Of a stretch of 57,253 nucleotides of DNA, positions 52,197-57,253 are shown one piece after another. The DNA comes from a virus (Duplodnaviria > Caudoviricetes). A program made the position numbers and the translations under genes. The stretch spans positions 1 through 57,253 of the IMG/VR virus record IMGVR_UViG_3300021223_000017. One strand, given 5' to 3'. How positions within the stretch are numbered: position 1 is the stretch's first letter; each line of letters opens with the position of its first letter. The notes beneath the pieces are model-generated. The model was not told where the DNA came from. It worked only from the letters and a program-made list of their open reading frames with translations, and did no database searches.

Positions 52197-53147
52197 ATGC
52201 CTACTCACAACATCGTCAGCATGAGTGGCGGTAAAGACAGCACGGCTACGCTGCTGGTCGCCCGCGAGCTGGAGGTGCCGAACCTCAGCGCTGTAGTGGC
52301 TGACACCGGGCATGAGCATCCAGAGACGTACGACTACATTCACTACCTGGCTGAAGCCACTGGTGTTCCTATCCGGTGGGTGAAGGCAGATTTCTCCAGG
52401 CAGATCGCTGGCAAGCGCAAATTCATCGAAACGAAATGGCGCGAAAAGGGTGTGGCGGAATCCGTGGTGCTGGGCGCTCTGGAAGTACTGCACCCAACCG
52501 GCAACCCGTTCCTGGACTTGTGCCTTTGGAAAGGTCGATTCCCTAGCACCAAAGCCCGCTTCTGCACCGACGAGCTCAAGCGCAATCCAATCATCGAGCA
52601 GGTTTACCTGCCGCTCATGGACGGCGAGAACATGCTGCTGTCCTGGCAAGGCGTTCGGGCTGATGAGTCGCCGGCCCGCAAGTACCTACCAGAGTGCGAT
52701 GAGGTTGGCGGCGGCCTGTTCAACTATCGGCCCATCTTGAAGTGGACGGTTGATTCGGTCTTCGAGGCTCACCGGGCCGCCGGCATCAAGCCGAACCCGC
52801 TGTACTTGCAAGGCTGTAATCGAGTTGGCTGTATGCCCTGCATCATGTGTGCGAAAGACGAGCTTCGGCAGATCGCGGCCAGGTGGCCAGAGGAAGTTGA
52901 CCGGGTGCGCGAGTGGGAGCGACTGGTGAGCATCGCCAGCAAGCGCGGCGCGGCAACGTTCTTCGCCACCGTCACCGATCCCACTGTCCGGTCAGATGAC
53001 AAGGTGAGCGCCGTCACACACGGCATTGACCGAATAGTCAACTGGAGCAACACCGCACGCGGGGGCCGACAGTTCGACATGGTCGACCTGATCGCTCGCA
53101 CCGACAGCCAGAACAGCTGCTCTTCCGCCTATGGACTCTGTGAGTAA
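52197..53147 (+). CDS. PAPS-reductase-family (PP-loop) protein
   Basis: SMSGGKDS, DTGHEH, RFCTDELK, GVRADES..R, RVGCMPCIMC. Confidence 0.9.
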   Translation: MPTHNIVSMSGGKDSTATLLVARELEVPNLSAVVADTGHEHPETYDYIHYLAEATGVPIRWVKADFSRQIAGKRKFIETKWREKGVAESVVLGALEVLHPTGNPFLDLCLWKGRFPSTKARFCTDELKRNPIIEQVYLPLMDGENMLLSWQGVRADESPARKYLPECDEVGGGLFNYRPILKWTVDSVFEAHRAAGIKPNPLYLQGCNRVGCMPCIMCAKDELRQIAARWPEEVDRVREWERLVSIASKRGAATFFATVTDPTVRSDDKVSAVTHGIDRIVNWSNTARGGRQFDMVDLIARTDSQNSCSSAYGLCE

Positions 53148-53155
53148 TAACAAAA

Positions 53156-53521
53156 CTAATTCAGCATATCGTCCAGTAGGGAGTCTAGGTTAGAGGCTTT
53201 GTCCCGAGCTACATCAAATAACTGCTTCAGCATAGGAGAGTATTCAGAGTAGTCGCTTACCAAACTGTCACCGATGATAATCCCAAAGTGGATAGACGTA
53301 GTCCAGCTGAACTCATCAACATCCGTCCAGTACTTCTCCCTAAGCTCAAACAAGCATACTGCGCTCCCTTTATATCTAGCTTCGAGATACAGCGGAATGA
53401 AATTATCAGTGGCCAACGTTAAGGCTCGAGGAGCACTGTCGATACGCCAGCTAACTTCGCCGTTATTTGTGGAGCGAAGTAACTTTTCAACAAGCATTGA
53501 CAATTTGTAATCAGTATTCAT
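53156..53521 (-). CDS. Hypothetical low-GC protein
   Basis: 121 aa; GGAG RBS; ATGA-coupled to the upstream gene. Confidence 0.75.
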   Translation of the reverse strand: MNTDYKLSMLVEKLLRSTNNGEVSWRIDSAPRALTLATDNFIPLYLEARYKGSAVCLFELREKYWTDVDEFSWTTSIHFGIIIGDSLVSDYSEYSPMLKQLFDVARDKASNLDSLLDDMLN

Positions 53522-53997
53522 CGATTTCTCCAAGCTGAATCTTTATGACCGCCATCAACTTGAACGATCATTCCATCAAGGGACCTTGCAATCTCCCAGG
53601 CTTCGTTAAGGGAAATAGCTGAAATATCACGAGCAAAAAACAAAAACCTTTTATGCTCAATTTTCCCCAGTACAACTTTTAGGGACTTCTTTTCTTCAGC
53701 TGCAAGTTTTCCTTTCAAGATAATCAGACGCCCACGCACCCTAGACAACGCGTTATGGGTTGTCTTACCAGTACCTCCAGGCTTCTCCCACTCTCCAAGA
53801 GCCTTGATTAGCGCCTGCGAGTCGCTTGAAAGTTCTGGAAGAATTTCACCTACCCTGACACGGTTAAAAAAGAAATCGCTAATTCTTCTTGCCTGCCATC
53901 CAATCCAGCAAGTTAGAGCAAATCCAAGCCATGTGATGATATCGGCAGAGCTGCTTAAAGTTAGCCAAGAAGGCCAAGTCCATTCAATCGATGTCAA
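53518..53997 (-). CDS. Hypothetical low-GC protein with N-terminal TM helix
   Basis: TTG start, GGAGG RBS, IITWLGFALTCWIGW. Confidence 0.7.
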   Translation of the reverse strand: MTSIEWTWPSWLTLSSSADIITWLGFALTCWIGWQARRISDFFFNRVRVGEILPELSSDSQALIKALGEWEKPGGTGKTTHNALSRVRGRLIILKGKLAAEEKKSLKVVLGKIEHKRFLFFARDISAISLNEAWEIARSLDGMIVQVDGGHKDSAWRNR

Positions 53998-54069
53998 TCC
54001 GTTAGCCCTCCGTTCCTACATTATCTGCAGAAATTATTATGCCTGCCATCACTCCCTTAAGGTATCCCC

Positions 54070-54383
54070 ATGCCCACAGAAAAAAACGGCTGACCCCCTT
54101 CGGCCCGAACGGCCGCACCTTTCACATCCATCTGAGCGTTCGCGGCGCAATCCGCGATTTCAGCAAGCGCCAGCTCAAAGGTATGTTCCGCGTTGATGGC
54201 AGGGAATGCACCGCTGACGAGGCGAAGGATCATCTGCTCGAAGCGCTGGCCCAGGGCAAAGAGGTGCTTCCCTTCGGTCCGCCGTGCGAAGGCTTCGACT
54301 TCTCAGGCGGCGGCTGCCCAGGTCATGACAAGCCGGCGCCGGTTATGAATGTCCATGATTTGGTAACGAGGGAGGCTGTATGA
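54070..54383 (+). CDS. Hypothetical phage protein, interrupted at an A7 run (frameshift or pseudogene)
   Basis: AAGG-ATG 54070 frame stops after 7 codons; -1 frame is open to 54383. Confidence 0.5.
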
Positions 54384-54961
54384 GCCAAGTTAAACGGTGG
54401 TACATCGGCGTGTATGGCGGCGAGGCGCAAGCGAGAGGCTGCGCACCCAATGTCCGGGAAATGATTCGAGACTCCGAGAAAGAAATATTTGTTTTGGATG
54501 CTGACTTCAAACGCGTCGAAGCCGAGCGCGACGCCCTGCAACAGCGCCTGACCGCAGCGGATGAGCGGTGGGACGAACTGGTCAGTGCGGTACGGTCAAT
54601 CAACCGCAGCCCGCACTACATGGTCAAAGCGATTGACGATGACCAACCGCAGTACAGGCAGCGCAAGGAATGGATTGATTGGGTGCTTGGGCTTTGTGAT
54701 GCAGCGCCTAAGTCCAGTGAGCGATCCAACAGGGACTACGCCATCGAGCACGCCGAATACATGGCCAAGTCAGCCGATGAGGTTATGGCGAAATTCCAGG
54801 CATATGGCGTGGCTCTGCTGGCCGTTGATGAGGGCGGTGACGATGGCGAATGTGAGCTTTTGGAGAATATTGACTCTGCCCGCAGTGAACTGCAGGAGTC
54901 ACTGGTAGATCTGCGCGGCATGGTTTACGAATTTCGCAAGCGTAGCGCTAAATCCCAATAG
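54380..54961 (+). CDS. Hypothetical mosaic phage protein
   Basis: GGAGG RBS; ERDALQQRLTAADER. Confidence 0.7.
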   Translation: MSQVKRWYIGVYGGEAQARGCAPNVREMIRDSEKEIFVLDADFKRVEAERDALQQRLTAADERWDELVSAVRSINRSPHYMVKAIDDDQPQYRQRKEWIDWVLGLCDAAPKSSERSNRDYAIEHAEYMAKSADEVMAKFQAYGVALLAVDEGGDDGECELLENIDSARSELQESLVDLRGMVYEFRKRSAKSQ

Positions 54962-55098
54962 GAGTACATCCGTACTCCACCCGCAAAGACGCCAACCCCT
55001 CCTCGAAAATCCTAACTTTCGGCGTCACCAATCAAAATTCGTTAACCAACTCAATCCCCCCTACATGCCTGTCGGCGAGCGGCGGGCGAGGAGTTCCT

Positions 55099-55623
55099 AT
55101 GTCTCATGCACTCGACAACAGGCCGCTCTCGGTGCGCCTGCAAGCAAGAATCGAAAAGTACGCCGGGGCCACAGTCGACCCTCTCGTTACCGACCTGGCG
55201 CTCCACACCCAGTCGCTGGCGGAGATCACGAGGCTGTCGGCAGAAGTGGCGGTGCTCAGCAAGAACGTTATCGATTTCACCCGAGAAGACTTCGATGCGA
55301 CCCTGAACAATCTTCGCAGGATGGGCGCCAGCATCGACGGTGACAACGCCTACAAGCGCGACCTGTGCGATGCGATTGCAGGGGCCCTGGCCATGGGTGC
55401 CCAGAATACGAACCCGCCGCCGGCGGATCACTGGGGTCAGCGCTTCTGGGATATCGGCCGCGAGGAACGTGCTGGGTGCGAAGAGTTGGTCGCAGCCCTG
55501 AGTCTCGCCGTAGACCGCTGGACCCTATTGGCAAACGAGTTCAAACACACGACCCCCGAGCATGATCGAGAGCTCGCCGAGATATCGAAAGCCAAGAACG
55601 CAATCGCCAAGGCCACCCGCTAA
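55099..55623 (+). CDS. Hypothetical phage protein
   Basis: AGGAG RBS; HWGQRFWDIGR. Confidence 0.7.
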   Translation: MSHALDNRPLSVRLQARIEKYAGATVDPLVTDLALHTQSLAEITRLSAEVAVLSKNVIDFTREDFDATLNNLRRMGASIDGDNAYKRDLCDAIAGALAMGAQNTNPPPADHWGQRFWDIGREERAGCEELVAALSLAVDRWTLLANEFKHTTPEHDRELAEISKAKNAIAKATR

Positions 55624-55659
55624 CCCACCTTCTGCCGCCCAGCGCGGCCAGGACACCAC

Positions 55660-55881
55660 ATGTTCGCAATGAAACTTACCCTAATTGTACTGGGCGTCTT
55701 GCTGTACCTGATCGGCACTGCCGTTGGGTTCATCGTGGGCCTACCTGCCCTTCTCAGCTCCGGCGATATACCAGACATCATTGGCGCCTTCGCTGGCTTC
55801 GTCGCCTGGGTGCTCATCACCTTCGGTTTCATCATCCACATCATCAAGACAGCGCGGCCCACAGCGGACGCCGGGAGGTAG
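55660..55881 (+). CDS. Small membrane protein
   Basis: Two hydrophobic helices. Confidence 0.65.
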   Translation: MFAMKLTLIVLGVLLYLIGTAVGFIVGLPALLSSGDIPDIIGAFAGFVAWVLITFGFIIHIIKTARPTADAGR

Positions 55882-55883
55882 CG

Positions 55884-56117
55884 ATGGCACGGCTTATTGC
55901 GCAGATCACGGTAAAGCTGCCGCGCCTCATGGAGGCCGGTGAATACAGGAAGTTGCGGTATGTGGGTGGAAAGCCGAGCCTGCAGCAACTGAAGAAATGG
56001 ATTGAGGAAGGCGAAGTGATCGGAGAGGTAAAAGGCGGGATGTATTTCGTCGATGTGCAGGCAGCGATCATGGGTTCGAGTGACCCGCTGCTCGCGAAGA
56101 TGCTGGAGATAGGCTGA
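55884..56117 (+). CDS. xis: Excisionase-like protein
   Basis: 77 aa, PSLQQLKKWIEEG, coupled to int. Confidence 0.75.
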   Translation: MARLIAQITVKLPRLMEAGEYRKLRYVGGKPSLQQLKKWIEEGEVIGEVKGGMYFVDVQAAIMGSSDPLLAKMLEIG

Positions 56118-57253
56118 TGGCTGCCCGGCCCCGCACGCTGCAAAACAGAAAGCTGCCGCCAAATCTTTACCCGAACGGGAAGTACTGGCGGTACCGCAAC
56201 CCGGTCACCGGCGTGATGACCAGCATCAACCGCCCCCTGGAGGAGGCAATCAAGCTGGCCCGGGCGGCAAACCTTAAGTTTGCCGAGCTCGTAGTGGATG
56301 ACGGCTCGCTTCTGGCGGTGCTGACCGGCGACCGCTTGCCAATCGTCAGCAACCTGCTGACGCGATTCGAAGAGGAGTGGCTGCCGGACCGGTCATACGC
56401 CGCGCGCACCCTGGAGGAAATCAAGTTCAAGCTTGAGCGGTATCGACAGGATCTGGGTGACCGGCTGATAGGGCAACTGGACGTGCTGGCAATGGCCGAG
56501 TATCTCGACGACTTCAGCAACAACGCCTACACGAAGCACCGCGGGCTGTGGGTGCAGATCTTCGCCTTTGCGGTGGCCAAAGGCCTGGCAGAGCGTAACA
56601 ACGCCGAGCTGACCCTGGTTAAGAAAGAAGCCGAGAAGAAGCGGCAGCGCCACACGTTCGACGGTTTGAAGTTGATCATCGAGGCGGTGACCACGCCGCC
56701 CTGGCTGAGGCGGGCAATCCGCTTGGCCCTGGCCAGCCTTCAGCGCCGGGACGACATCGTCACCTGGCTAAAGTCAGCGGCCGACATGGAAAAGAACACG
56801 CTGACCGTCTCCCCCGGAAAGACCCAAGGTTATGAGAACCCTGTGCACCTCAAAATCACCATGGGCGCTGCGCTGCGGGAGGTGGTCGGGGAATGCCTGC
56901 GCTCGCCGCTCGCATCGCCCTACCTGATCCACTACAAGCCGAAGGCACGCCGGCGGGAACAGATCGACGCCAAGGACCATTGGACATCCGTGACGCCGGA
57001 CTACTTGACCAAGGAGTTCAGCAAGGCCAGGGACGCAGCGCATGCCTACGACCATGTGCCGGCCGGTGAGCGACCCACTTTTCACGAGATCCGCGCATTG
57101 GGCGCCTGGCTGTATGAGCAGCAGAAATTCCCACAGGAATACATCCAGGCGCTCATGGGGCACGCGGACGAAAAGATGACGAAGCACTATCAGGAGGGGC
57201 ACGACGAAAAGAAGATCGAGTACCTGGAGGTGGGTGCCGAATTGGCGTTCTGA
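56117..57253 (+). CDS. int: Tyrosine integrase
   Basis: Arm-binding N-terminus (LPPNLY, YRNP); catalytic R (LQRRDD), HEIR, GH, HY. Confidence 0.95.
   Translation: MAARPRTLQNRKLPPNLYPNGKYWRYRNPVTGVMTSINRPLEEAIKLARAANLKFAELVVDDGSLLAVLTGDRLPIVSNLLTRFEEEWLPDRSYAARTLEEIKFKLERYRQDLGDRLIGQLDVLAMAEYLDDFSNNAYTKHRGLWVQIFAFAVAKGLAERNNAELTLVKKEAEKKRQRHTFDGLKLIIEAVTTPPWLRRAIRLALASLQRRDDIVTWLKSAADMEKNTLTVSPGKTQGYENPVHLKITMGAALREVVGECLRSPLASPYLIHYKPKARRREQIDAKDHWTSVTPDYLTKEFSKARDAAHAYDHVPAGERPTFHEIRALGAWLYEQQKFPQEYIQALMGHADEKMTKHYQEGHDEKKIEYLEVGAELAF

Larger units (their letters stand above)
1101..57253. mobile_element. Lambda-like temperate prophage; left boundary approximate, right att site outside window
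   Basis: Full lambdoid gene order from lysis, tail and head through replication, immunity and recombination to xis-int. Confidence 0.95.

Noticed and set aside
54961-54978. GGAGTAC-ATCC-GTACTCC palindrome as terminator
   Set aside because: No T-tract and single copy; function not supportable

Overview
Almost the whole window is one apparently intact lambda-like (siphovirus) prophage, most likely from a Pseudomonas host (inferred from gene content and GC richness). The tyrosine integrase ends at the right edge; no att core was located, and an AraC regulator sits at the left edge. Left to right: an SOS-box-controlled accessory module ending in an SRAP gene; spanins and endolysin; tail fibre, J, I, morons, K, L, M, tape measure, frameshifted G/GT chaperone and tail tube; head-tail, capsid, portal and terminase genes; HicAB; Q-like, ninG and ninB-like genes; DnaC-type loader and initiator with iterons; Rha; cro and cI with operators; a cassette array between cI and PL; the PL operon (HNH, LuxR-type HTH, RecT, YqaJ, PAPS-reductase-family protein); xis and int. 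The most unusual signals are: (1) a family of covarying hairpin linkers plus a densely structured ~450-nt non-coding island with an ATG-AAG-TAA minigene in a PL operon that has boxA but no recognisable N gene; (2) a LexA-boxed Zn-finger protein facing a short paralog of its own N-terminus beside SRAP; (3) a stand-alone PAPS-reductase-family enzyme next to an antisense low-GC two-gene candidate defence cassette; (4) repeat-flanked moron cassettes. All family calls come from motif recognition and synteny; no searches were run.
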